This document shows positions 16,810 to 28,154 of a stretch of 64,000 nt of DNA, one piece after another. A model generated the notes under the pieces. It did not search any database and was not told the origin of the DNA. It saw only the letters and a list, made by a program, of their open reading frames with translations. Position 1 is the stretch's first letter. Each line of letters starts with the position of its first letter. The stretch is from Selaginella moellendorffii (lineage: Eukaryota; Plantae; Lycopodiophyta): contig NW_003314305.1 in the NCBI RefSeq assembly GCF_000143415.4, positions 1,274,834 through 1,338,833 of the forward strand, read 5' to 3'. Position numbers and translations under genes: made by a program.

Positions 16810-18237
16810 ATGCTTGAGATTGAGCAGAGCGTTGCTGACGAACACATCCGCAGTCACAACCACTTTGAGGTGCTCCAGTGCATAGATCGCACCAACGGTA
16901 CCGGGAGGAAGGAGAAGGTGCTGTCAGACGACAGAGAGCGTCTCAATTTCCTGGAGCTCATGTCGCTCAGCACTGTCCCAATGGCTTTAAAGGCCATAAC
17001 TCTCCTGGACGTGCCTCAGATCATGGCTGACGCGGAGCAAGGCACCATGCTGTCTGCACGACAGATCTCCAAGCGAGTCAGCTCCAACAAGAACAAGAAG
17101 AGCGTTAACGTCAATCACCTGGACCGCATCCTCCGCTTCCTGGCCAGCTGCGACATCTTCAGGACCAAGAAGGTGGACGACGAGTCGGGCGAGCCGGAGC
17201 AAGTCTACGGCCTCACCCCGATTTGCAAGTACTTGCTGCGGAACGCTGGCGGGGCTTCACTGTCGACGTTGCTGCTAGTGAGGCACGACAAGCAGCTGTT
17301 CCAGTCGCTGCATCACCTCCACGATGCCGTGCTCGGGGACGATGTCCCGTTTGCAAAGGCTCACGACCGCAACCTGTTTGAGTTCCTGGAAGCCAACCCC
17401 CAGGAGAGCCAGCTCTTCAACACTGCCATGTCCGACATGTCGGAGATCTACATGGAAGCCATCGTGAACAATTACCACGGCTTCAAGGATACCAAGACGC
17501 TGGTGGATGTCGGGGGTGGCACTGGATCCAGCCTCGCAATGATACTCGCCAAGTATCCCCACATTCACGGGATTAACTTCGACCTTCCTCACGTTGTTGC
17601 TGGTGCTCCGGAGTACGATGGTCAGTACTAGTCTTTCCCTTCTTCTGCTTTCTTCCTGTTTGCTTTCCTGTTTGTTTTCCTGTTGCCTTCGTGTGCCTTG
17701 CTCGCTTTGGCTTTGAGAAGTATATCACGTCGCTGATGGCTCTTATCTTTCAATCCTCTTCAGGAATGAAGCACGTTGGAGGAAATATGTTCGAGCAAAT
17801 CCCAGGCGGAGACGGGATGTACTTAAAGGTAACTCGACAAGACCTGCATAAAAGCTTTTGCATTATCTATCCCAAGTCCGTCAGTTGATAAGGAGTGTCT
17901 AACTTGCCTGATGCTTTTAATGCCGCAGCACATAATGCACAACTGGAGCGACGATGCCTGCATCAAAGTGTTGAACAACTGCTACAAGTCGCTCAAGAAC
18001 GGAGGCAAGATCATAATGGTGGAGTTCCTCGCACCTGACCCGGGGGATCACAGCCAGCGAGCTCGGGTGGCTCTAAGTTACGACTTGGTCATGATGGCGC
18101 ATTTCCTTGGCAAGGAAAGATCTGAACGCGAGTTCCGAGATCTGTTAAGAGCAGCAGGATTTTCGCAGATCCGGATCGCTCTCAGGGTCGACTGCGTCGC
18201 TGTTGTAGAGGCCCACAAGAACCCGTACGCTCGATAG
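16810..18237 (+). CDS. COMT-family O-methyltransferase, 3 exons (16810-17620, 17764-17828, 17929-18237)
   Basis: Dimerisation region LDRILRFLAS; SAM motifs LVDVGGGTG, INFDLPHV, GGNMFEQIP, HIMHNWSD, GKERSEREF. Confidence 0.93.
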
Positions 18238-20249
18238 TAGAGCTCAGATCCCCTGATGTTTCCATTCCACCCGATAAGAGACACATAACGTACCTCCTCC
18301 CGTTGTAAAGAAAAAAACAAAGAAGAAGACGAGAGAGAAATAGCAGCTCCTAGGGCCTGCATCTCCTTCGCCATCTCCTTTCCTATAAAATCGAATGGGG
18401 AAAGCATTTCAAAGTCAATATCCAGTGTCACCACACCCGAAAATTCCAAACTCACATCAATTCTCAAGCATACCTCTCTGCTTGTTTTGTTGTCTCGTAG
18501 CTTGCTCCATTATAGCTCCCCGGCTATATACATAATGAAAGGAAGCAGCTCTGGATAATTTTCACGTGAGCTCGATAGATACTTCACAACGGACCCCCGC
18601 CTCGCTCCACGCGCCGTCCGCTGTCGAGAATGGGATACCATACAGTTCGTTTTCGCTCGCGAATCTATGCAACTCAAGGGCCCGGCTCGCCACCACAAGG
18701 CACTGTTATTGGTGACCAAGGTGGGCTGCCCACGTGAGAATGGTGGCCCATGTTTCCGAGAACTTTGATCTATAACTGGTCAACTGGATCACATCTTCCT
18801 TTATTGTCCCTGGCTCGTAGCTGAATCAGCAAACAAGAAAAAATCGACCAGTTAGAAGCTTGGAACTGACTAGAAACCACAGTTAAGTACGGAGAAGAAA
18901 GACGTCCCACTGACCTGTGCGCCACACGGTTTTGGAGATTTACTCGGTTGACTTGATCAGTCGCCCGACTTGAGAGAAGGATTCAACGTATCAAATCGCA
19001 TCGAATCGTATAAGCCGCCGAGTTATCTGCTCTCAACCAGATTTCCAGATTCTCCGCGAAGCTGAGTAAGCGTTGGAGTGGTCCACAACGGCCCCGTAAG
19101 TCGCAAGTTTGTAGCCTCCGTTTGAGCGGTTTAGATACGCGGGTTGACATCTGGCTCCATACAACTAGCTCCATACAAGTCAAAAACGCTGCTTGGCGGT
19201 GCGCGTTGCCAGATCTCGTGGAAGTTTGATCGATCCTAGAAGGACCAGGTACGCTGCTTTGTGGAAAAAGAAATAGCGAGCGATCAGTCGGGAGGAGTTC
19301 AGTAGCGTTAAAACTTATAAGGACTTCGAAAGAAGTTCAAGAGCACCTCGGCTCGATAATTCTAGAAAAGTAGCAAAGGAATTTAGTTAGCCAGACAAAT
19401 GAACTACAAAGCAAACGAAAAACAAGCATGGAAAGAAAAGCTGTCAAGTCTGTGTGATCTCGAGGAGGTCGGATGCCTCGAGGCACAGAAAGATCGAATG
19501 CTTAAAAGGAGCTCATCAATCTTAAAGCCAGGCTAAAGTACCAAACCAAAAGGCATTTCTTAGGACAAGAAAAACGGTGTTTTAAGATCAGTTAGCCAGA
19601 CAAACACACTGCATTGAAAGAATAGAAGGATTGTCCAGGAGCTTTTCCTGGAGCAGAGCTCCAAGAACACAAACTGATCAGGTCAGGGAGCTACGCACAA
19701 TGCCTGCTAGATCGATTGAGGGAGCGAGAGAGATTCGAGGCGCTTACCAAGATCCACGCGAGCGGCGACGCGCGCTCCCCGCCCTCCCGAAACCCTAGAA
19801 TGAATGAACAAGGTTGTGAGGATTCAAAACTATCTCCATGGGACTTTCAGCAAACGGTTCACAATTGCTTACATCTCCACCGTCCCCCACGAATTGTACG
19901 GCCCCGATGTGGGCTTGCCAAAAAAATCGTACGGACACACGGCAAAAGAGGATTTGATGCTATAGATAAACATTTCGGTTCCTCGGTATAGAGGTTGCCG
20001 ATACAGGAAGTTTGATCCTTTTATATGTTTTTACAGTGGCTGGATTGTGGAGTGTTGCCATCAGCTTCAATGCCACTGGATTTAAGTGATTTTCATCCGC
20101 GAGGCTCGCATGGTATCGATTTCTCAGCATGCATGAAGTTAAAGAGAAACCTCGTGAAGAGATGCGAAGAATATACCAGAGATACTTTAGATTAGGGCGA
20201 AACTTTTTATAGAATGGAGTCGTGGTGCTCGATGGAAATTTTTTTTCAG

Positions 20250-21045
20250 GGTACTCGCATTGAGGTCACGAAAGAAGGTTTCAACTTGTTTTCTTTTCTT
20301 CTCGTCTGTAGTTTATTGACTAAAATCCAGCTTGCGAGACATGGCTTAAAAAAGTGCTAGCTGCGTTTCAGGATTTGTCGCGGACGTCGACATTAAATCC
20401 GAAAGGTATCGATGATAAGTGGTCTTCATGAAAGAGCTAAAATAACATGTGAACGTTGCAGAGCTTGATACGTATCTTACGCATCTTACGCTTGATACAT
20501 ATTTTACGTATCTTACTCTTGATACGTATCTTACGTATGTTACGTATCTTACGCTTCTGGCGGTACAACGGTGTTTTCACCTACGGTCCAGCGCCTGGAG
20601 CACCTTACTACGGCAAGCTCGATGGCATCAAAGTCGAGTGTGACAACGAGAGAAGGAAACGCGCTGCGACCAGCTACTCGGGACCGGTATCCTCGTCGCT
20701 GAGAAGCGACTGGAGAGTGATGGAGGGAGCATTCGTGATGTTTAACGTTCCTTGGGCTAGTGAAGGCTTCCCCGAGTCCAAGGTACACACTCTAAGATCT
20801 CGTTGTCTTTTCATAGCGGTTTGCAGACGAATTTCTATCCGGGACTGCAAGCTCATCGCCCTGCTTACAAGCATACAGCAAGGGAAAGCGGTGGAATCCA
20901 AGTATCTCACGTATGTCAAAGTAAGTCGCTCAAAAAGCTTACAGGAAGAGCGTAAGATTTTTCATTCATAGGTGAAAGCGTTCCTGGTGGAAGACTGTTC
21001 CAAGTAGGATACATCGATGTCAGTGGCGGGGTTGTGACGAGGATT
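20250..21045 (+). pseudogene. Sphingosine kinase (SPHK/LCB kinase) remnant, internally deleted
   Basis: Exon pieces GFVADVDIKSERYR, RYNGVFTYGPAPG, FNVPWASE, AVESKYLTYVKV, GYIDVSG match the plant SPHK motif order; stops and deletions present. Confidence 0.75.
20464..20556 (+). repeat. Minisatellite of 27-nt units built from a TATCTTACG 9-mer
   Basis: cttgatacgtatcttacgcatcttacg-like unit repeated about 3.5 times. Confidence 0.85.
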
Positions 21046-21560
21046 TGATAGCTGAGAGCAGTGGTACGATGCAAATGTCTCAATTCCAGGCATCTCTCTA
21101 TAAGATTCAACGTGAGTTTTTTTTTTTTCGCTTTCATTCAATTTTCGTACTAGCTGAAAATGCTGTTGTGGGGATACATACGATCAGTGTTCAGCTTTCC
21201 AGGTATTTCTGGTTCTGTTTATTCGCGTAACACGCTGCGATTTTGTTATAATGCACCTCTTACGAGCAGCGGAGCATTCATGTCCAGGTGCTAAGCTTGT
21301 GGCGGAATGTACACGAGTGAAGCCTTGCACGTCCCTTCCTTACAGGTCTCTGTCTATTTTGGATAGAAACTTATTTCCTTCTTTTGTAAAGTGTAGTTCT
21401 TCCATTCCATCTGAAGACCCTCTAAAGTTACATGAGTACCGGCTGCTTGGAAAGCCCTTGATGGAGCTTATGAGCACGAAAGAGTCGCTTCACAATGCCA
21501 TGGTCCTTGTAATGAGGATCGACAAAGACATCGCAATTTCGAGGTAGTGGAAACTTTATT
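21041..21560 (+). pseudogene. DHAD internal-exon remnant fused to the SPHK remnant
   Basis: ggatttgatagctga, cattcatgtccaggtgct, gaagaccctct and gagtcgcttcacaatgccatggtc match the intact DHAD at 52.8-53.7 kb. Confidence 0.85.
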
Positions 21561-21929
21561 TTTCTGGTTACTGAATTCGTTCGCGATGTGCAGGACACAA
21601 AGTTTGCTCGCCTTATAATAGATCACTTCGATTTATTGCGGATCTATTAAGTGAAGCATTGATAGTTTGCCCTTCCGAGCAAACCACGTAAGCTGCGCAG
21701 CCCTTGCTCGGTCTTTCAGCTCCTCGGGGGTGTTGAAATGACGGCCATGGGATCAGCACCGACATTCATGGATTCACAGAGAAGGGGTGTTGTGGAGGCA
21801 ATCAGCGCAAGAGGACTGTGAGATGCCGATCATGTAAGTAGATCTTCTTGCTGAGTGTGATTTCCTTTTCCTGGACTTTTCTTTGCCGGAGAGATCGATC
21901 GTTTTCATCAATGAAGACTAACTCCCAGC

Positions 21930-22860
21930 AGCTCGCATTGAGGTCACAAAAGAAGGTGTTTTCTCGTGACATAAAACTTTCTCTGTTTCACCAGCTTCAT
22001 GCGAGAGAGATGGCCAACTCAGTGAATACCACGCAGTATGATGGAGCTCCACTCCTTTTGCAGAGGCAATTACGCATGGCTTACGCCTAACTGGTATCCT
22101 CGGCAACTGGAGAGTGATGGAGGGAGCATCCGTGATGGTTTTGCTGCAAAACGTTCCTTGGGGTAAACCCGAGTCCAAGGTCACACTTAAGATTTCGCAT
22201 TCTCTTACGTCCATAGCAGTTTGCAGATGGTCTTCTGGATCTCATTGTTCTCTGTGACTCAAGTTCATTGGCCTGCTTACGAGCATACAGCGGTGGAATG
22301 CAAGTATCTCACGTATGTCTCACTCAAAGCTTTGTTTGATCTTTGATGCATTTATAGGTGCAAGTGTTCCCAGTGGAAGAGTGTTCCAAGGAGGATACAT
22401 CGACGTTGATGGTGAGGTAATCGATCACGGAGGAACTGTCAACGTGAGTTCTTTCTTATCGTTTTCATTTTTTTGGTTTGTAGCTGCAAATGCTACCAGC
22501 TACCAGGCATATTTTTGGTTCTTTTTTCTTTCGAGAATTTGTTGTTTAACGTACTTCTGACGAGCAGCGACTGAAAGTTTGCAGCATTCGTGTCCAGGTC
22601 CTGAGCTTGTGGCGGAATATACACAGCTGGCCAGTGCCAGAGAAGCCTTGGGTCCTTTATACAGGTCTTTGTCTCTTCTCGATAGAATTTATCTTCTTTT
22701 GTACATGCATATTTTCCATTCCATTTAAAGACTTGGAATCACACTTTCCATTCCTCAAGAGTGCCTGGAAAGCACTTGACAGAGTTTTTGAAGCTGAAAG
22801 ATACGAGAGTCACTTGACATGCCATTGTCCTTGTAAAGGCGCTGGGTAGTGGCAACTTTG
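21930..22860 (+). pseudogene. Second SPHK-DHAD chimeric remnant
   Basis: QLHAREMANSVNTTQYDG, NVPWG, DGLLDLIVL, GGYIDVDGEV, followed by DHAD-derived GGTV and HSCPG. Confidence 0.75.
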
Positions 22861-23169
22861 ATCCCCTGGCAATGATGATTCCCCACCATTGTGTTGCTCG
22901 CCAACAAAGTTGGCTATCTAAAGGTCTGTTTCATTCTCAATGTCCCAGTCTTTTGTGCTATTTCAGGTAAAGGATTTCAAAAAGCTGTGACATTCGCTCG
23001 ACATTCACTGGAAAAGTTCTTGTCACCCAAATGTGAGGTAGCTTTTGTATAGTGTAGCATCTTTGTGATTCTTTCTAGTGCTAGGATCCAATTATAACAA
23101 TGAAAATATGATTTATTACAAATCTTTGAATTTCACTATAAGACAAACTATAACATTTTTATCAAAACC

Positions 23170-23660
23170 CATGACGAACAATGTCCTCTCAACTCTGAAG
23201 GATATTTTCAAAATACTTTTGCAGCTGCTACTACTACCCTATCACCCTTGCCAACATTCTTTGCCTCACCCACCACATCATCCTCAGTATGCACTATTTT
23301 GCACACCACCAATTTCAACCATATTATCATAAAAAAAAGCTTTAAACAATAATTTCTTAAATATTACTTATTTCCATTAGACCACTTGCGCTTAACACCT
23401 TTAACTGCACAAATAGCTCAATATAGATAAGTCATTCAAGAAGATATTAAAAAAATTGTTGCTCAAAACTCTTCCCAAAAACAAAGACAACGAAGGCATG
23501 GGTGAAGTTGGAATTAGTGGCATAACAACCAAAGGTGACAATGGCAACAAAGTCAAAACTAGAATCAGATGTGGTAGGTGAGGCAGACAATGCTGGTGAT
23601 GCTGACAAGGACAAAGCTAGTAATGCCAGCAAGGGGAATGAAACAACAAAGAATTTATCA
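23170..23660. mobile_element. Degenerate copy of the foldback element seen at 39.7 and 47.4 kb
   Basis: Starts with the same terminal sequence (ctcaactctgaaggatattttcaaaatacttttgca); its flank 22870-23160 is the reverse complement of the flank next to the other copies. Confidence 0.5.
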
Positions 23661-23809
23661 TACCGCTGAATGTCAAACATTGAAACATCCAGACTCCACA
23701 TCGCTCTTCAACCGGATGCCCAGCCTATGCCTAAAACGGGTATATGGAAGAGGTACACAGAATATCTCAGAGAATGCCCAAGCATGGTCTGCTCACCTGG
23801 ACAGCGTTA

Positions 23810-24350
23810 CATGCCTAAGGCTTCAATGGTATTTGCCGTGTACATTCCACCACAAGTTCCAGGACATGAATGTTGCAAAACGTTCAGTCGCTGCTGGTCA
23901 GAAATGTGACCACCAACATATTCTCGGTAGCTGTCTGTACGTTAACAAAAACAAACCGAAACACAGCATAAGCTTCGTTTACGTGACCACCATGAGAAAC
24001 AAAACGAACCAGAAATACCTGGAAAGCTGACACTATATCGTACGCATGCCCGTTCAGGACTCCTGGCTGAATCAACAGTTTCAGCAAGTGCGAACAAAAG
24101 AAACCAAAAAGAAAGAGAAAACTTACTTTGATAGTTCCATAATGCTTGGTTGATTCAGCCTTCCCATTGCAATGAGAGTTCCTGGCATCTAAAGCACAAA
24201 GGAAGAATGAGAAGACCAAAAAGAAACAACAATGAGAAAGGGGAGCATAGTCGGTCACCTCGCAGCCTGGAATGGAGACATTTGCATCGTACCACTGTCC
24301 ACCCATGACAGTCTCGATGCTATCAGCTATAAAATCCCGCGACTGCAAGC
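23810..24350 (-). pseudogene. DHAD fragment (end of exon 1 to exon 4), inverted
   Basis: [28 protein letters not shown] plus downstream exons and introns homologous to 52.8-53.4 kb. Confidence 0.9.
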
Positions 24351-24364
24351 TAAAGCAAGCTAAA

Positions 24365-24960
24365 TGAGGGACGCTATCCTATCCCTCCAATCTGTTTTTA
24401 CGAAGGCACCTTCATGATTCCGGAGGAAAAGCTTTATTTTCTGGATTATGAGAGTAAGACCTGGAGCAGCATTCCAACTGAGAATCTTTCACTTGTGAGT
24501 TATGTTTTTATGTTCACACCATCTTTGGTGCCTCCATGATGCTATAAATCAAAGTGGCACTGTTACGGGCTCTGAAGCGAGTTCAGCTACAGATTCTACA
24601 GCTGCTGATCTCGTTCCACAAGAACATGCCTGAACTTTGCTGCCACTGTCCGTGAGAGTTAAGTTACAGAGATACTTTTTTTCGTTCTTGATTCATCCGT
24701 TTGCGTTCCTTTTGCTCCACTTCATTCTGCAGTATACGGACCTGTGTCCAATAAAAAAATGTCAAAAGCTTTGAAAACAAATCTCACAGCTTGTAACATT
24801 CGCTGCAACCTCTCAACCTCTTCATTGAGATTCTGGACGTACCAGAACAACTCGGGCATTCAGTATTTTATTTGTAGTTGGGTTGATATCTTGACGAATG
24901 TACATTCAAAGATCATGCTTCTAGTAAACTTCTGAAACTATTGCCCATATTAGAAACTTG
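24365..24960 (+). pseudogene. 3' end and 3' flank of the F-box gene (third copy)
   Basis: cgctatcctatccctccaatctg...gtgcctccatga is near-identical to 34565-34735 and continues into its flank. Confidence 0.9.
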
Positions 24961-25010
24961 TCTGATTTAAATCTTACAGTAATCCTTTATAAATGTAATA
25001 TGAAAAACGT

Positions 25011-25473
25011 GAAGAACAGAACCACAGGATCCCCATTTGCAACAATTGCTTCTTGAGGTGTGTGTTCCAGTGGTTTTTAATCTCGTTGTCAATTCGTCCA
25101 GGAATGTGCGATGCGATCACGGACAACCTGAAAGTGAAACACGCAAGAACTTAGAGAACGCAGAATTTAGAGGTAAAACTCTACAAACTGTTACCGGTTT
25201 CACAGGATTGAATGCAGCCAGATGTTGAGAAGCTCTTCTTGGGCTGTGATCCCGCCTCGTTTTATATCCGGCCGGAGATAGTTTGTCCATCGCAGCCTGC
25301 ACCGCAACGATTGAGTCCTGCTCGCAAGATCTAGGAGAAACAAGATGTGAGAAAATCGATTCACCCGCTTTCTCCGGTAGCGATTCTTGTGACCGTGTTT
25401 CCGAATGTAAGCGACGAGCTTCTCGGGGGCCTTTCGTGACTCCCTCTTTGCTCCGGCGAGGAGGCCTCCCCAT
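25011..25473 (-). pseudogene. R2R3-MYB pseudogene, truncated, with deletions
   Basis: Homologous to the MYB at 43438-44131 but lacks tggcagcccgaggaaga (first Trp) and other segments. Confidence 0.88.
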
Positions 25474-25687
25474 TGCAAAGCAAGGAGAAGTAAAGAGAGC
25501 GTTCTATAGACAGTGTGATTGTGTATTTATTTGTACACTTTTCCAGTGTAAGAAGCCTGGAGTGTGAGCTAGATTGCTAGACTTCTCCCTTTTGTCAAAA
25601 GGTTTCTTTTGGATTCACCGCTTTAGAGTTATAGACCGTCGCGGCTTTCAAAAGCTTTTCTCTTTTAGACGTTCCAGAAGACCACGT

Positions 25688-25895
25688 TGTAGTGGTGGAA
25701 TAAAGCGGGCGTAAGCCCGGGCGAGGCTCACCCGGCTAGAAGTGGTCAAGCCTGTCACCTCTGTATCGATCCACAGTCGAATCGATCGCTCCGGTCCACT
25801 TCAAGATCCCCCCAATCCTGCCTGGCAAGAAGTGCCGGCTGATCCCCCCGACCACGTCAGTGCTTACATGTCTTGCCTCACTTTGCAGTACGACA
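25688..25895. mobile_element. Solo-LTR-like insertion with a small 3' deletion, in the MYB/DHAD intergenic region
   Basis: Starts TGTAGTGG, ends ACA, flanked by ACGT on both sides; absent from the homologous site at ~44345. Confidence 0.7.
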
Positions 25896-26144
25896 ACGTC
25901 ATGGCTGCCGTATATTTCTTAGTCAATACAGTTGCCGGCCATACAGTACCCAAGTACGAAGGACGTGCTAGAAAGATTGGATTCTTCGCCACGTTTTTCT
26001 TTTGAAAGAAAGTAGGAACAAAGAATTACCTGGACATTTTGATCGTAATTAATCTTAAACTTACAGGGTCCAAAAGCCTAAATTCTGGTGAGAAAATGGA
26101 GCGCGCCCTCGCAAGAATGCGGCACCGGCGGTGAGCTCGATCAG

Positions 26145-26715
26145 GTTCGATCGTGCTGGTTTCTTCCATATGATCTTTCACTCAAAGTTTCCTTTTTTTT
26201 TCCTTTTGCCTTCCATGAAACACAGACACAACGCCTCCCAAGCAAATCCTCAAGGACTACAATGTTACCATGTATGATGCTGGCTTAGTTCCAGGAGCTC
26301 TTGTTTATCTATCCTACAACAATGGTAAGGTCTCTTTGCACGAAGTTCGGTTCTAAGGGATCTCTTTTCCTCCAGATTTCCAAGGGCCATATCTCAAGGA
26401 GATCGTCCTCGCTTCACAGCATTCGGATGAAGAATCCAAAGACCAAGTTTTAGCTCCACCAGTGGGATCTCCTCCTCGAGTAGCATCTCCGGAAGAAACA
26501 CGACCAAGCTCTCGACAAACAGTTCCTGTTGGTAAAGGAAGCAAATGGCTGAAGCATGGAAAATGAAAAGTTTTGGAAAGTAAAAAATGGAAGTTTCGGT
26601 GCAAACTTGGATCTACGAGCCGCTGCCTCAGCGTCACGGATTTCTTCAAGAATCTCTCTGGAAGGCAAAAGATTAAAAAAACAGGAAACTTTGAGTGCAA
26701 GATCATAGGGAAGAA
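26145..26715. pseudogene. PUX1 fragments in both orientations at the centre of inverted repeat 1
   Basis: 26145-26580 matches PUX1 3' exons (+); 26600-26730 matches PUX1 exon 4 and flanking intron (-). Confidence 0.85.
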
Positions 26716-26978
26716 ACCAACACGATCGAACCTAGGCCGGCGCCGCATTCTTGCGAGGGCTCCATTTTCTCCATTTTCTCATTTTCTCACCAGGATTTAG
26801 GGTTTTGGACCAGGTTTAAGATTAATTACGATCAAAATGTCCATGTAATTCTTTGTTCCTACTTTCTTTCAAAAGAAAAAGGTGGCGAAGAATCCAATCT
26901 TTCTAGCACGTCCTTCGTACTTGGGTACTGTATGGTTGGCAACTGCAGTGACTAAGAAATATACGGCAGCCATGACTT

Positions 26979-27204
26979 TGTAGCGGCCAATACTAATCCC
27001 GTACTGCAAAGTGAGGCAAGACATGTAAGCACTGACGTGGTCGGGGGGATCAGCCGGCACTTCTTGCCAGGCAGGATTGGGGGGATCTTGAAGTGGACCG
27101 GAGCGATCGATTCGACTGTGGATCGATACAGAGGTGACAGGCTTGACCACTTCTAGCCGGGTGAGCCTCGCCCGGGCTTACGCCCGCTTTATTCCACCAC
27201 TACA
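26979..27204. mobile_element. Solo-LTR-like insertion, 226 bp
   Basis: Terminal inverted ends TGTAGCGG...CCACTACA; flanks ACTT/ACGT; empty site in the 44 kb copy. Confidence 0.75.
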
Positions 27205-27422
27205 ACGTGGTCTTCTGGAACGCGTCTAAATGACAAGACAAGCTTTTGAAAGCCGCGACGGTCTATAACTCTAAAGCGGTGAATCCAAAAGAAACCTTTT
27301 GACAAGAGGGAGAAGTCTAGCAATCTAGCTCACACTCCAGGCTTCTTCCACTGGAATGTGTACAAATAAATACACAATCACACTGTCTATAGAACTCTCT
27401 CTTTACTTCTCCTTGCTTTGCA

Positions 27423-28077
27423 ATGGGGAGGCCTCCTCGCCGGAGCAAAGAGGGACTCACGAAAGGCCCCCGAGAAGCTCGTCGCTGACATTCGGAAACA
27501 CGGTCACAAGAATCGCTACCGGAGAAAGCGGGTGAATCGATTTTCTCACATCTTGTTTCTCCTAGATCTTGCGAGCAGGACTCAATCGTTGCGGTGCAGG
27601 CTGCGATGGACAAACTATCTCCGGCCGGATATAAAACGAGGCGGGATCACAGCCCAAGAAGAGCTTCTCAACATCTGGCTGCATTCAATCCTGCGAAAAC
27701 GGTAACAGTTTGTAGAGTTTTACCTCTAAATTCTTGCGTTCTCTAAGCTCTTGCGTGTTTCACTTTCAGGTGGTCCGTGATCGCATCGCACATTCCTGGA
27801 CGAACTGACAACAAGATTAAAAACTACTGGAACACACACCTCAAGAAGCAATTGTTGCAAATGGGAATCCTGTGGTTCTGTTCTTCCTGATGGCAGCTAT
27901 TTCCACCTCGACGCTCGCTTCAATCCTGAGGAGTACCTCCTCTCTCGGACGATGAGAATGATCCATACATTGCTGAAAGGTGACGCACCTGGTAACCAGA
28001 TAAATCCTCTACAAGGAAAACGAATGTTAGAAACGAGCGAGTTTTGGACGACCATTTTAAAGGCTGTTGAAATGTGA
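27423..28077 (+). pseudogene. R2R3-MYB pseudogene with multiple frameshifting deletions
   Basis: Full-span homologue of the 43.4-44.1 kb MYB with deletions in R2, R3 and the C-terminus. Confidence 0.88.
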
Positions 28078-28154
28078 CACTGTATTCTCGGAACTTCTGG
28101 AGAAGAAATAAGAAGCGTCAGTAATCATACAAATAAAACTCGCTTACCATCGTG

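Larger units (their letters stand above)
25011..27886. repeat. Large inverted repeat 1: arms ~25011-26215 and ~26659-27886, spacer ~440 bp
   Basis: Reverse-complement match followed by eye; mirrored ORF pairs (25742+/26869-, 25283+/27317-, 25200-/27418+). Confidence 0.92.

Noticed and set aside
18500-19790. Possible minus-strand spliced transcript between the OMT and the SPHK remnant
   Set aside because: Only scattered splice-like signals and one short direct repeat (agttagccagacaaa); no ORF or homology I can support
20464-20556. CRISPR-like array
   Set aside because: Plant context, no unique spacers; it is a simple minisatellite
25742-27150. Mirrored ORFs MVKPVTSVSIHSR... as a duplicated small gene
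   Set aside because: They start at GTG inside the solo-LTR-like insert and are duplicated only because of the inverted repeat
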